56,019 nt of DNA from a virus (lineage: Duplodnaviria; Caudoviricetes): the IMG/VR virus record IMGVR_UViG_3300036402_000107, positions 1-56,019 of that record; one strand, given 5' to 3'. Under the pieces are notes generated by a model. The model was not told where the DNA came from and searched no databases. It worked only from the letters and a program-made list of their open reading frames with translations. The translations under genes were made by a program, and so were the position numbers. Shown here piece after piece: positions 8,778-19,009 of the stretch; within the stretch, counting starts at the first letter, position 1; each line of letters opens with the position of its first letter.

Positions 8778-9587
8778 ATGATCGAGAACAATCAACAGCT
8801 GCTCGTCACCGGGTCGATCCTGCACCTCGCACGGATCGACGAGAGCGTCGTCCCGGCGGTGGTCGGCCCGGCACGCGACGTCGGCACCATCACCGTTGTC
8901 AACCCGGGCATGGCGTCGGACGCCATCGAACTTTTCGACGCCCGGGGAGGTCGCCGCTCGCGGATCAGCAGGCGGATTCTGAACGTGAACGAGACGGCGG
9001 AGGTCATGTGCTCCAACCTCAGCCTCGACAACCTCGCCTTCACTTTCGGTGCGGACGCCGTGCAGACCTACACGCAGTCGGCAACGCCGCTCACCGGCGT
9101 CTCGCACTACGTCTACCCCGACTCCAAGCTGCACCTTCACGACAACAGCGGCAACTACCTCTACCCGATCACGTCGGTGCAGAGCATCGGCACCCTCGTC
9201 AACGGCACGGACTTCGTGGTCACGCCCGAGGGTCTGAAGATGGGCTACGTCACCATCCTGCCCACTTCGGCCGTCGCCGCCGCCGGTGCCACCCTCAACG
9301 TCAGCTTCACCCCCGCCGCCGTCTCCGGTGCCCGCTGGTTCGCCCCGCAGAAGCAGCCCTCCGCCAAGTGCGAGGCGTGGATCTACTGGACGAGCGACGA
9401 CTACCAGACCGTCATGCTCCGCGACCACGTGCAGGTCTACGTCACCCCGGCGAACGCCGAGTTCAGCGAGACCGACTACAGCAAGATGCGGCTCAACATA
9501 GCCGTCATCAGCAACCTCGCGAACACGACGCGTCCCGCCGGTCGCTTCGTGCACCCGGTCGGTGCGATCCCGAACCGAACGATCTAG
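8778..9587 (+). CDS. Major tail (tube) protein
   Basis: AGGAG then ATG 8778; biased codons, beta-rich, precedes chaperone and tape measure genes. Confidence 0.7.
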   Translation: MIENNQQLLVTGSILHLARIDESVVPAVVGPARDVGTITVVNPGMASDAIELFDARGGRRSRISRRILNVNETAEVMCSNLSLDNLAFTFGADAVQTYTQSATPLTGVSHYVYPDSKLHLHDNSGNYLYPITSVQSIGTLVNGTDFVVTPEGLKMGYVTILPTSAVAAAGATLNVSFTPAAVSGARWFAPQKQPSAKCEAWIYWTSDDYQTVMLRDHVQVYVTPANAEFSETDYSKMRLNIAVISNLANTTRPAGRFVHPVGAIPNRTI

Positions 9588-9614
9588 CACGCCGCAACGT
9601 ACAATCCTCCGTCC

Positions 9615-9658
9615 GCTCGGCGTACCAACTCTCCAAACGCGGTACGCCGAGCTTGTTT
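9615..9658 (+). terminator. Intrinsic terminator after the tail tube gene
   Basis: GCTCGGCGTACC / GGTACGCCGAGC 12-bp stem followed by TTGTTT. Confidence 0.7.
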
Positions 9659-9687
9659 CCGGAGACCCCCGCACCGAGGAGATCGCC

Positions 9688-10230
9688 ATGGAAAACCCGC
9701 AGCAGGAACGCAAGAGATTCGCACTCGTCGTCGACGAGGAGGACGGCTACAAGATCAAGGTCTACCCGCTCGCCTACCACGTGCTCGAGCAGCACGCCGA
9801 TGCCGTGGCCTTCGTCCTCAACTCCGCAATGCGGATGGACGCGAAGGGGCTGGTAGAGGCGGCAGCGAGCGGCGACGGCTCGAAGCTCTGGACGCTGCTC
9901 GCCCCGTTCGCGGGTCGGCAGATCCTGCAGATGGTGAACTCCTGCTGCGTGCCCACGCTGGCCGAGAGCTACGCCGCCCCCGACGTGGTGGCGGAAGCGT
10001 GCGGCAAGTGGATCGAACTGTCTTTTCTCCGGCGAGGCTCTTACGACAGGCTAATCAAGACCGCCGAGAGTCTCGCAAAGGCGGCGACCGGGGAGTCCTT
10101 GGATTTGCGGAGTCGCTTGCAGAGCTTGTTAGCTTCGGCTTCTCCGAGCAGTCAATCTACGACTGTGAACGGCGGGACGGGCACCCCTGCCGAGGATGGA
10201 CAGTCCCGGAGTGGATCGAACGCCGCGTAG
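9688..10230 (+). CDS. Tail assembly chaperone (gpG-like)
   Basis: GAGGAG then ATG 9688; between tube and tape measure genes. Confidence 0.65.
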   Translation: MENPQQERKRFALVVDEEDGYKIKVYPLAYHVLEQHADAVAFVLNSAMRMDAKGLVEAAASGDGSKLWTLLAPFAGRQILQMVNSCCVPTLAESYAAPDVVAEACGKWIELSFLRRGSYDRLIKTAESLAKAATGESLDLRSRLQSLLASASPSSQSTTVNGGTGTPAEDGQSRSGSNAA

Positions 10231-10358
10231 CGATGCAGCGGGTCGATAGCCAGCGTCGCGTCAGGGAGATGAGCGACACGACGCTGGCTATCGCCGCCGC
10301 GATCGACAAGGACGGCAACCGGCAGATGCTCCAGTTCCACGCTGATCTCTTGAAGTGA
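10101..10358 (+). CDS. -1 frameshift extension of the chaperone (gpGT-like T part)
   Basis: Overlapping -1 frame ORF ends 8 nt before the tape measure ATG; candidate slip site G GAT TTG at 10101-10107. Confidence 0.5.
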   Translation, partial: GFAESLAELVSFGFSEQSIYDCERRDGHPCRGWTVPEWIERRVAMQRVDSQRRVREMSDTTLAIAAAIDKDGNRQMLQFHADLLK

Positions 10359-10365
10359 GGCATAC

Positions 10366-12636
10366 ATGTCAGAGCAGGAACGCTCCGTAACTTTCAAGAT
10401 GATCATGCAGGAGCTTGTCTCCGAGGCAGCACAGAAGGCCAGTGCTGCGATGGTCAAGACCACCGAGGACGTGAAGAAGGCCGTAGCAGCGGCCAACACC
10501 ACGACCACGGAGATGACCAAGACCGTCGACGAGGCGGCGAGGAAGTTCGAGAACACCAAGGTCGGCGTCGAGAAGACCGCCGAAGCCGCCAAAGTCCGCC
10601 TGATCCCCGCGATGAAGGAGGTCGCCAAGGAGGCGGGCAAGGCGGCGACGGAGACGGGCAGGATCAAGGATGAGGCCGAGAAGGCCACCAAGGCTACGGG
10701 CGGTCTGTTGGCCGGAAGCAAGGAGGTCGGCGACCAGATCCAGAAGATCACCAAGGTCTTCGCCATCGCCGGTGCCGCCGTCAAGGGCGTGGAAGCGGCG
10801 TGGCGTGGCGTGCAGCTCGTGCAGGCGATCGTCTCCAACGACTTCGACAAGCAGGTGGTCGCCGCCAACCGCCTGCAGAGCGTCATCGAGAGCCTGCCCG
10901 GGGGCGGTGCCGTGGTCGGCATTGGTGCCTCGATCAACAATCTGTTCACCGGGAACAAAGACTACGTCGAGGATCTGGAGCGGGCGAACAAGAAGCTCGA
11001 GGCCCACACCGAGCGGATGAAGACCGTGGGCGAGCAACAGAAGCAGATCAACGACGCCGCCAAGGGCTACCTCGAGTCCCTGAACGGGCAGGCCGACAGC
11101 GTCTTCCGCACGCAGGCTGAGATCAACGCCCGGAGTCTGGTCGAGCTTCGCAAGCAGCGTGACCTGATCGCCGAACGGATGGCCGGCACCTTCTCGCCCG
11201 CACAGCGTACGCAATTCCTGAAGGACGCCGACCAGATCATCGACCACATCGCGAACCGGCAGACCAGCGAGATGGCCCTCGCGTGGACGTCGGCCAACCG
11301 AGAGCTGGAGGCGGAGAACCTCAAGCTGATCGGCCGGACGGCGGAGGCAGACCGCGTCACCTTCAACAACTCGCTGCAGGAGAAGCAGATCGCCGCCGCG
11401 AAGATGGGCGACCGCTTCGCGGCACTGCAGGAGAAGATCAACACCGTCCTGCTCGCCGCCTTCGACAAGGAAGCGAACCGCAAGAGGCAGGAGTTCCTCA
11501 CCGGCTTCGACGCCGACCTCGACGCCCGTGCCCTCCGTGCCACGGGAGACCCGGCACAGGGGAGGCGGGCCGACACCGTCGAGCTGCAGTTCCGGCAGCA
11601 GCGGCAGCGGGTCGAGCTGAACCGCTCCATGAACGAGCAGGGCGTCGGTGCCGCCGATCAGGGGGCGATGCGTGGCCAACTGGAGAGCGTGCAGCGTCTC
11701 GAGCTTCAGCACCAGAAGGTCACGCAGGCGATCGACGCCAGCAGCGACGCCGAGCAGCGATTCGCGGAGAAGATCGAGGCGGCGAACGCTCTGGCAGGCA
11801 GCGGCAAGATCTTCGACTTCGAGGCACAGGATAGAATCAAGGACGCACAGGCACGATACAACGCCGAGATCGAGAAGACGATCGCCCTGCTCAAACAGAT
11901 GCAGGCACAGTCCACCGACCCGGCACAGCAGGACGCGATCCAGCGGCAGATCGACAACGTACAGACGTCCCAGATCAAGGCCAACGATCAGGTGCAGTCG
12001 TTCGCCAAGCAGAGTGCGTCAATCCTGCAATCGTCGCTCGAGCCAGCCTTCGCCGGGATCATCGACGGCACCATGTCCGTGAAGGATGCTTTCAAGGGCA
12101 TGCTGAAGAGCATCGCCAAGGGCTTCGCTGAACTCGCCGCTCAGCTTCTCACCAACCTGATCATCAAGAAACTGATCATGGCCGCGATCGGCGGTGGGAG
12201 TGGGGGTGGCGACTTCAGCGGTGGCGGCAGCACCTATGAGGGCGGGGGCGGCGACTTCGCCGGTGGTCAGGGCTACGCGGAGGGCGGACTCGTCACCGGC
12301 GGCGTCAAGGGCGTGGACTCCGTCAACGCCAAGCTGATGCCGGATGAGTACGTGCTCACGCCGCAGATGGTTCCCCACTTCGGCCTTGGCTACCTCGAGG
12401 AGCTTAGGCGTCGCGTCCTCTCGGGGACGGCACCGGTGCCCCGCACTACGGCGGTGGCTGCGTTTGCCACGGGAGGCCCGGTCGTGGGCTCGAGCGTGGG
12501 CACCAGCGTCTCGGGCTACCCGATCCTCCCCGCCGACGAGAGCACGTCCGACAGGCTCTTCGCCGGTGGCCCGAACGCCCTGATCTCCCACATCGGCAGG
12601 AACCGGGACGCCGTTCGCCGAGTCCTAGGCATCTGA
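10366..12636 (+). CDS. Tape measure protein
   Basis: 756 aa, Ala/Gln-rich and helical; C-terminal 'YAEGGLV.GG..GVDSV.A.L...EYVL', 'FATGG.V'. Confidence 0.85.
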   Translation: MSEQERSVTFKMIMQELVSEAAQKASAAMVKTTEDVKKAVAAANTTTTEMTKTVDEAARKFENTKVGVEKTAEAAKVRLIPAMKEVAKEAGKAATETGRIKDEAEKATKATGGLLAGSKEVGDQIQKITKVFAIAGAAVKGVEAAWRGVQLVQAIVSNDFDKQVVAANRLQSVIESLPGGGAVVGIGASINNLFTGNKDYVEDLERANKKLEAHTERMKTVGEQQKQINDAAKGYLESLNGQADSVFRTQAEINARSLVELRKQRDLIAERMAGTFSPAQRTQFLKDADQIIDHIANRQTSEMALAWTSANRELEAENLKLIGRTAEADRVTFNNSLQEKQIAAAKMGDRFAALQEKINTVLLAAFDKEANRKRQEFLTGFDADLDARALRATGDPAQGRRADTVELQFRQQRQRVELNRSMNEQGVGAADQGAMRGQLESVQRLELQHQKVTQAIDASSDAEQRFAEKIEAANALAGSGKIFDFEAQDRIKDAQARYNAEIEKTIALLKQMQAQSTDPAQQDAIQRQIDNVQTSQIKANDQVQSFAKQSASILQSSLEPAFAGIIDGTMSVKDAFKGMLKSIAKGFAELAAQLLTNLIIKKLIMAAIGGGSGGGDFSGGGSTYEGGGGDFAGGQGYAEGGLVTGGVKGVDSVNAKLMPDEYVLTPQMVPHFGLGYLEELRRRVLSGTAPVPRTTAVAAFATGGPVVGSSVGTSVSGYPILPADESTSDRLFAGGPNALISHIGRNRDAVRRVLGI

Positions 12637-12646
12637 GGAACCGACC

Positions 12647-15136
12647 ATGGCAGAACTCCCTGACGGCCCGATCATCCCCTCGCCGCTCGTCGACGCGAAC
12701 CTCCCCGCACTCGACGACCAGCTGTGGACGCCCTCCGCTGCGTTCGTGCACAACTGGCAGCAGGCGTGCCGGGTCTACAGCCAGTACACCACCGACGTCA
12801 AGCACTCCCCGTCGATGGTGAGCAGCAGGGAGGGGTTGCGTGACCGGCCCCGCAAGCTCGTCACCGCCGAGCTGCTGGCGTTGTCGACGCACGAGTTGAA
12901 GACGATGCGTTCCTTTATGTTCAGGCAGGGGCAGGCCCGTTCGCTCGCCCCGCTCTTTTGCGATCAGACCTTCCTGACCCAGCCTACGGGCTGGTCTTGG
13001 GTGGAGGGCTCGAGCGTCGGCAACGGCTCGTGGGCGTACAAGTCCAAGGTCGGCGTCTTCGACCTCTCGCGGGGCGGTCAGACGATCTTCTTCACCCCAC
13101 CCCACGACCTCGTGAAGGGCATGCTCTTCCTGTGTGCGTCCGGGACGACGCCGGTGGTCAACCGCACGACCCCCGGCGAGCCGAACAGCGACGTCGACGT
13201 CATCCTCCCCGCCGCCACGGTGGCGATCCGGCAGAATCAGGGGGCACACAACAACACGACCGGAACCAACTGGCACTTTCACCGTGGAGTCGTCGACTTC
13301 GACGTGCTCGGCGGTGCGGCGATAGACCCCGACTCGTTCGGCATCCCCACCGTGGAGCTTAACGCCCTGACGCTCGACTACCTGCTGGCCCGTGGCTGGG
13401 CGTCCGGCACCCTCGCGAGCGTCCGCTTCATGTACTTCCAGACCAGCGGGTCGTTCATCGACCTCAAGGTGCAGGCGACGGCGACGATCTCCTGCGACAC
13501 CAGCCTGCGACGCTTCTACCGTGGCGGTCGCGTGATGGTCTGCACCCCACCCAACGATTCCGCCGCCGTCCCCCGGTTCGCCATCGGCACCATCGGCACC
13601 GTGCTCTCCGGCGGACTCGCCCTCGAAGACGGCTTCGTCAACGACTTCCCGCTCGGTGCCCGCGTCTACCCGCTCATGGAGGGACGGCCGGTGCTCCGCC
13701 CCGAGATCAGCCTCGAGACCGACACCGCCGGTTCGTTGACGTACAGCGTGCAGGAGGACGTGGGCGTCACGCAGATCCCCGCCACCGCCCTCCCCGGGGA
13801 GCAGACGACGACGCAGGCCGCTTTCGGCCTCCCGGTCTTCCCCTGTCGCGGCGACTGGAAGACCAAGCCAAGGCTCTCGAGCGACCGCTCGGAGACGAGC
13901 ACCCCGAGCGGCATCACCGACGTCTCCAAGCTCAAGGGTCTACGGCCCGTGGTCGTCTGTGCCCTTGACTTCGAGTTCCTGACGAGGCAGGAGGCGTGGG
14001 ACTTCATTCGCTTCTTCGACTCGAGACGCGGGCGTCTCTTCCCCTTCATCCTGCGTCTGCCTTCGTGGGAGCTGGTCGGCGTCAACTACGGCGTAAACGA
14101 CGTCGAGTTCCGGGCGAGCGGGGACGAGCGGGATTGGTTCTTCGCACAGTACGTCTGCTTCGAGCTTGCGGACGGCAGCACGCACTTCCTGAAGGTCGAG
14201 AGCTGGGAGCGGTACGCACCGCCCAACGACAACCTCGACCACGTGACCTTCACCCAGAATCTGCCCGCCGGAGTCAACGCCCTCAACGTCGTCGCCGCCT
14301 ACTTCGCGATCTCGGCCTGCTTCGACTCCGACGCCATGCAGGAGGAGTGGAGCACGGACGAGACGATGCGGACTAGCATGGCGTTCCGCGAGTACCCCTT
14401 TGATCAGGACGTCTCGATTCCGGTGGACGACCCCCGCACCGGCGTCGAGCGGAATCCGGACGGCCCGTTCCCGGGAGACCCGGGCATGCCGCCCCCGGGC
14501 ACCGTGGTCTACTGCCAGCTGCAGGACTGCAACGGGGTGCCTGTCAACAAGTGGGTTCGGAGCAACCCGCCCCCTCCGCCCTACATCTACGACCCGGGCA
14601 CCGGTGCCGTGATGATCGTCGACTGCACGACCACCGTGGTGGGGCAGCCCCCGGGTACGGTCGTTCTCGGCTTCGAGGAGGTGCCCTTCCCCCCGGGCGA
14701 CCCCGCGAACCCGCCGTGGGTTCCGCCCTGCAACCCGGCGTCCCCCTCGTGCTTCGACTACAACTGGATGGTGACCAACTGCCCGTTCACCAAGACCGTC
14801 ACCATCAGCGACCCGTACGCCGACGCCAACAACCCCGACTATTCGTTCTCGGGCACCCACACCGTGACGCTTCAGGCGAGCGGGTCGTGGGTCGGCTACG
14901 CCCCGTCGCCGTCCGGGTCGGGCATGACCAAGCGTATCCAGCTTGCCTGCTCCGAGGGGAGCGGCGTCAAGAAGTGGTTCTGCGACCTGACTACGTCGGT
15001 GGCCGGTTTCGGCCACGGTGCGAGCTTCGAGCAGGCGTCGTCCAACGACTGCCCTGCTGACGGTGGCTACGGCTTCGTCAGCGAGTCGGGCTCGATCTCG
15101 ATGCCGAAGAGTGGGGCTTCCGTTTCCGTCTCCTAG
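12647..15136 (+). CDS. Distal tail/baseplate protein (DUF2460-like) with Pro/Cys-rich extension
   Basis: Follows the tape measure gene; 'FIRFFDSRRGRLFPF', 'CFDSD'; C-terminal Pro/Cys-rich region. Confidence 0.55.
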   Translation: MAELPDGPIIPSPLVDANLPALDDQLWTPSAAFVHNWQQACRVYSQYTTDVKHSPSMVSSREGLRDRPRKLVTAELLALSTHELKTMRSFMFRQGQARSLAPLFCDQTFLTQPTGWSWVEGSSVGNGSWAYKSKVGVFDLSRGGQTIFFTPPHDLVKGMLFLCASGTTPVVNRTTPGEPNSDVDVILPAATVAIRQNQGAHNNTTGTNWHFHRGVVDFDVLGGAAIDPDSFGIPTVELNALTLDYLLARGWASGTLASVRFMYFQTSGSFIDLKVQATATISCDTSLRRFYRGGRVMVCTPPNDSAAVPRFAIGTIGTVLSGGLALEDGFVNDFPLGARVYPLMEGRPVLRPEISLETDTAGSLTYSVQEDVGVTQIPATALPGEQTTTQAAFGLPVFPCRGDWKTKPRLSSDRSETSTPSGITDVSKLKGLRPVVVCALDFEFLTRQEAWDFIRFFDSRRGRLFPFILRLPSWELVGVNYGVNDVEFRASGDERDWFFAQYVCFELADGSTHFLKVESWERYAPPNDNLDHVTFTQNLPAGVNALNVVAAYFAISACFDSDAMQEEWSTDETMRTSMAFREYPFDQDVSIPVDDPRTGVERNPDGPFPGDPGMPPPGTVVYCQLQDCNGVPVNKWVRSNPPPPPYIYDPGTGAVMIVDCTTTVVGQPPGTVVLGFEEVPFPPGDPANPPWVPPCNPASPSCFDYNWMVTNCPFTKTVTISDPYADANNPDYSFSGTHTVTLQASGSWVGYAPSPSGSGMTKRIQLACSEGSGVKKWFCDLTTSVAGFGHGASFEQASSNDCPADGGYGFVSESGSISMPKSGASVSVS

Positions 15137-15147
15137 GAGGACTTGCA

Positions 15148-15957
15148 GTGCTAAACCCGCTCGACGTCAAGACAGCGAAACAATTCGTGACCGTGGTGAC
15201 CTTCCAGTGGGGGGTTGCCAACACGTACCGGTACGCCCGCTGGGACAGCAACTTTCTGGACGTGCTCTCCGCCCCCGAACTCGACGTCGAGACCGACAAG
15301 CAGCACGGTGGCGTTCAGGACGTCTCCTACCGGGTGACGCTCCGCACCGACCGCGTCCCGCTCGACATGCTCCTCCGTACGGGCGTCGCGTTCGCCACGC
15401 TGCAGGTGGAGATCGGCGAGTGCGACCCGACCGACTACGCCGCCACCTATCGTGTTCACTTCGTCGGGCGGGTCTCCCAGAGCGTCCGCAACGCCAAGGG
15501 TCTCCCGAACCTCGTGAGGCTCGAGGTCATCGGCTGGAAGGAGCGGATCGGCTACCCTCTCGGCCTCCTCTGCACGTCCACCTGCCAGCACGTCCTAGGC
15601 GACGCGGGGTGCGGCGTCAAGCTCAACCACTACGACTACGAGGGACTATGCAACGCCATCAACAAGGACACGATCAGCATCGTGGGTCTGCCGGACGGGG
15701 ACACGGACAGCTGGTGGGAGTTCGGTCAGGCGAGCTTCGACGGACTCGACCTCATGATCGTCGAGCAGCTCCCGAACAAGGATCTCCGCCTGATCAAGCC
15801 CCCGCCCCCCGAGTGGCTGGGGCACATCGTGCTCTGCCTCCCCGGCTGCAACAAGGAGTACGCGGGAGACTGCAAGAACAAGTGGGGCAACCAGAAGCGG
15901 TTCTTGGGTCTGGGCATCAAGATGCCGCTGCACAACCCGCAGACCGAGCCGGGATGA
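15148..15957 (+). CDS. Tail-tip protein, DUF2163/BR0599 (lambda gpL/GTA-like, Cys ligands)
   Basis: 'C.HVLGDAGC' and 'PGCNK....C..KWGN..RF.G'. Confidence 0.8.
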   Translation: MLNPLDVKTAKQFVTVVTFQWGVANTYRYARWDSNFLDVLSAPELDVETDKQHGGVQDVSYRVTLRTDRVPLDMLLRTGVAFATLQVEIGECDPTDYAATYRVHFVGRVSQSVRNAKGLPNLVRLEVIGWKERIGYPLGLLCTSTCQHVLGDAGCGVKLNHYDYEGLCNAINKDTISIVGLPDGDTDSWWEFGQASFDGLDLMIVEQLPNKDLRLIKPPPPEWLGHIVLCLPGCNKEYAGDCKNKWGNQKRFLGLGIKMPLHNPQTEPG

Positions 15958-16373
15958 ACTGGGTGGAGCAGCTGTCCCACGCCCTGCGTCGCCGGGCACG
16001 CGGGCCGTACGTCTCCTGCTGGTCGTTCGTGGTCGGGGTCATGGACGAGCTGCACGGCATCGCCCTGCCGCTGCCGCGAGCCCTGCCCACGGATCTCGCC
16101 TTCAACCGCCCGATGGAAGCGACGCGGGCGGTCGTCCGGATGCTCCGCCGCTACCCCCACACGAAAGTGGACGGGGAGATCGAGCCGGGCGACCTCGTCC
16201 TCGTGCGGGTCACCAAGGGCGTCGGCCACGCCCTGATCGCCGGGCCGACGCCCAACACGCTGTGGCACTGCGACGTCGGCGGAGTCTGGTACACCGGCGT
16301 CGGCCCGTGGAAGAGTCGCATCGTTCGAGTCGTCCGTTCGCTGTGCCGTGAAGACTGGAGAGCACGACTATGA
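15954..16373 (+). CDS. NlpC/P60-like tail assembly peptidase
   Basis: 'SCWSFV', 'PGDLVL', 'GHALI', 'LWHC'; ATG 15954 overlaps the previous stop. Confidence 0.75.
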   Translation: MNWVEQLSHALRRRARGPYVSCWSFVVGVMDELHGIALPLPRALPTDLAFNRPMEATRAVVRMLRRYPHTKVDGEIEPGDLVLVRVTKGVGHALIAGPTPNTLWHCDVGGVWYTGVGPWKSRIVRVVRSLCREDWRARL

Positions 16374-18412
16374 TCGCAGTAATGTACGTTCTGGGCATCA
16401 CCTCGCTGGTCTACATGGTCGTTTACGCGGTCGTCTCGACGGCGATCTCCTACGGCATCAGCTACTTGCTCGGCAGGATGAACAAGCCGAGACAGCAGAC
16501 CGCACAGGAGTCTCAGCCGACGCTCTCCACGCGTGGTTCCCGCCTGACCCTCCTGCTCGGCCGTCGCCGCGTCGCCCCGGTCGTGCCGTGGGTCGGTGGC
16601 CGCACCGTCAAGAAGAACAGCAAGGCACAGTACTACAAAGAGAAGGGGATGCACGCAATCTGCCTTGGCCCGATCGATGCGATCCTCGAGATCTACGACG
16701 GCAGCAAGAAGATCCTCACGCCGACCATCGGCCCGCTCTACCGGGCGACGACGCCAGCCGGGTCACAGTTCACGGTTGAAGACGTCGGCACCTTCCGCGT
16801 CTACTGGGGCGAGAACGAGCAACCCCTCGACCCGATGCTTTACGAAGAGATGGGCATCGGCAGCATGTGGCCCGGCGTCGCCTACGTCGTCTGGGACAAC
16901 AAGGCGGTGAACCCGGGGTGGATCTGGAACGACGTACAGTACGTGGTCGAGCGGATCTTGACGACCGAAACCAATCTGACCGACTCGATCCCCCACCTCC
17001 CCCGCACGACGCGTCCCCGCCGTGGGGCGATCGACGACAGCGGCGTCAACCCCGCTCACGCGATCTGGTACTTCCTCACCGCCCCGAGTCCATACGGGCT
17101 GGGCGTTCCGGCTCAATGGCTCGACGGCGGTGCCTTTGAGTACCTAGGGCAGCTGTGCGTGGCGGAGCACCTGCCCGTCAACATACTGGCGAGGGACGGC
17201 GTCAACGGCGACCAAGTCCTCAGCGAACTCATGCAGGAGGTCGGCTTCTTCATCACGCAGGTCGGCGAGAAGTTGGTGCCGATCGTCGTCCGCCCCCCGG
17301 GCAACACGACGCTCCCGCAGATCACCATCGACGCACAGCAGCAGCCCCTCCCCGAGATCACGAGGCAGCACGGCGAGACGACGCCGACGCGGAGCATGTA
17401 CCGCATCTTCGACGAGGAGATGGGCTGGAAGCTCTCCGACCTCAACGTCGACAACGACGCCGCCGCCCGCTCCCGGGGTGCTCAGCAGTCCAAGGAAGTG
17501 CAGCTGCAGAACGTCACCAACAGGCTCACCGGCACCGAGATCATGCAGCGTATGGTGCGGGACGACTCGATCGACGGCGAGACCTACAGCTTCGAGCTGA
17601 TGCGGGGTGCCCGCGACCTCTGGCCCGGTCAGCTCTTCGTCGTCCCGAACTTCGGCACGCTCCGCGTCGCCAGCAAGAAGCCGAGCTTTATGAACTCAAC
17701 GGTCAGCATCGACGCCGTTCTGGAGAACTACGGGATACGGCTGCACGACCGGTACGTCGACGGCGTCGGCGACCCCCGCACCGACGGCATACAGCCCGTC
17801 GCCCAAGACCCCTATGTGCGTCTCTTCATCGTCCCCGAGGCGATTCTCAGCGTCGGCTCCCTCTCGATGTGGGTGCTCCGCGTCCGTGCCCACGGCGGGA
17901 TCGTCAGTGCAGAGGTTATGTTCAGTGCGACCGGTGCGAGCTACGCCCGGGTCAACCGCGACGAGCCGCACGTGACCGCCGGGACGATCAACCGCCCGAT
18001 CCTGATCGACGAGGCGACCCACAACGGAGGAGTGCTCGACGCCGCCCTGAGCTTCACGCCCTACAACGGCGACACTGACGAGATCGACGACCTCGCTGGC
18101 AACGACGCGGAGTGGGAGGAGGGCGACCAGATCGCCGTGATCGACGACGAGGTGTTCCTTGTGCAGAGGCTCGCACCGGTCGAGGGCGGGTTCAGGATCG
18201 ACGGCTTCCGCCGGGCGGTCTGGGGCACGGTGCCCGCAAACCACCTGCAGGGGACACCGGTCTACATCTTCAGGATCTCCGACCGCATCACCTACACGAG
18301 GCACCTCGTCCGTGCCGGGAACACCCTGCACGTCAAGACCCTGCCCTACACTTCCACCGACGAGATGACCCTCGCCACCGTCGCCGACCACGTGATCGCC
18401 TTCCCGGCGTGA
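16370..18412 (+). CDS. Central tail tip/host-specificity protein (gpJ/GTA g15-like)
   Basis: 'PGVAYVV', 'VNPAHAIW..LT...YGLG', 'IDDEVF', 'RAVWGT.P..H..G'. Confidence 0.75.
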   Translation: MIAVMYVLGITSLVYMVVYAVVSTAISYGISYLLGRMNKPRQQTAQESQPTLSTRGSRLTLLLGRRRVAPVVPWVGGRTVKKNSKAQYYKEKGMHAICLGPIDAILEIYDGSKKILTPTIGPLYRATTPAGSQFTVEDVGTFRVYWGENEQPLDPMLYEEMGIGSMWPGVAYVVWDNKAVNPGWIWNDVQYVVERILTTETNLTDSIPHLPRTTRPRRGAIDDSGVNPAHAIWYFLTAPSPYGLGVPAQWLDGGAFEYLGQLCVAEHLPVNILARDGVNGDQVLSELMQEVGFFITQVGEKLVPIVVRPPGNTTLPQITIDAQQQPLPEITRQHGETTPTRSMYRIFDEEMGWKLSDLNVDNDAAARSRGAQQSKEVQLQNVTNRLTGTEIMQRMVRDDSIDGETYSFELMRGARDLWPGQLFVVPNFGTLRVASKKPSFMNSTVSIDAVLENYGIRLHDRYVDGVGDPRTDGIQPVAQDPYVRLFIVPEAILSVGSLSMWVLRVRAHGGIVSAEVMFSATGASYARVNRDEPHVTAGTINRPILIDEATHNGGVLDAALSFTPYNGDTDEIDDLAGNDAEWEEGDQIAVIDDEVFLVQRLAPVEGGFRIDGFRRAVWGTVPANHLQGTPVYIFRISDRITYTRHLVRAGNTLHVKTLPYTSTDEMTLATVADHVIAFPA

Positions 18413-18435
18413 CGGAGGCACGGGAGCGGGTCGGG

Positions 18436-18466
18436 GGCTACCACGACCTTCCCCGGGCGTCTCGGA
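18436..18466. repeat. Dispersed repeat, copy 1 (GGCTACCACGACCTTCCC ... GCGTCTCGGA)
   Basis: 18 bp identical to 48417-48434, and both are followed by GCGTCTCGGA. Confidence 0.6.
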
Positions 18467-18655
18467 CGCTCCCGGAGGGCAGGACGGACGAACGGAGAGG
18501 GTCGAGGTGGGGGCGGGAGGAGCAGCCGGTAGGCTCACAGGAAAGCGACGAACCATCGTCAACGAAGCCATGGAACGGGCGGGACTAGTCGCGGGTCATG
18601 AGGAAGGCAAAGCCCCCTCGTCCCATCTCTGTATGGCAGCAGGAGCAACAAGACC

Positions 18656-18907
18656 ATGAGCAAGAAGGGCTTCACCGTGCCGGTATGGCAAAAGAAACAC
18701 GCACCGGTCTGCGACTGCGGTAACGTCATGTCGCCCTGCATGGTGACCGTGGACGACGAGGGCAGGAAGCCGGAGCGTCTGCCGATGTGGCTCTGCCTCG
18801 AGCCGTCCCACGTGTGCACGGCCTCGCTCTACGTCCGGGCGATCCCCGACGACGAGCTGGAGGAGCAGTGGCGGACGCCCGCTTATAAACGAAAGCGGGC
18901 TTTATAA
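18656..18907 (+). CDS. Small Cys-rich hypothetical protein
   Basis: AGGAG upstream; CxC and 'WLC....HVC' suggest Zn binding. Confidence 0.55.
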   Translation: MSKKGFTVPVWQKKHAPVCDCGNVMSPCMVTVDDEGRKPERLPMWLCLEPSHVCTASLYVRAIPDDELEEQWRTPAYKRKRAL

Positions 18908-18946
18908 TCGGGGGGACTTGCGTCAACAGACCCCTTGTGGTATAAT
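18883..18946 (+). promoter_or_regulatory. Early sigma70 promoter P1 with upstream palindromic box
   Basis: TTATAAA-N11-TTTATAA (18883-18907); TTGCGT(18918)-17-TATAAT(18941) with extended TG. Confidence 0.85.
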
Positions 18947-19009
18947 GCGTCTTCGGTCGGGTTTCCCGATCGGCCGATCCGGCGGGTTCCGGGTTGAAAG
19001 GACGAGACC

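Noticed and set aside
5180-9610. CGTA in several intergenic gaps as an ECF-type late -10 element
   Set aside because: Too short, and I could not find a consistent -35 at fixed spacing.
12190-12270. Gly-rich GGGDF repeat in the tape measure gene
   Set aside because: Short low-complexity linker duplication with no further signal.
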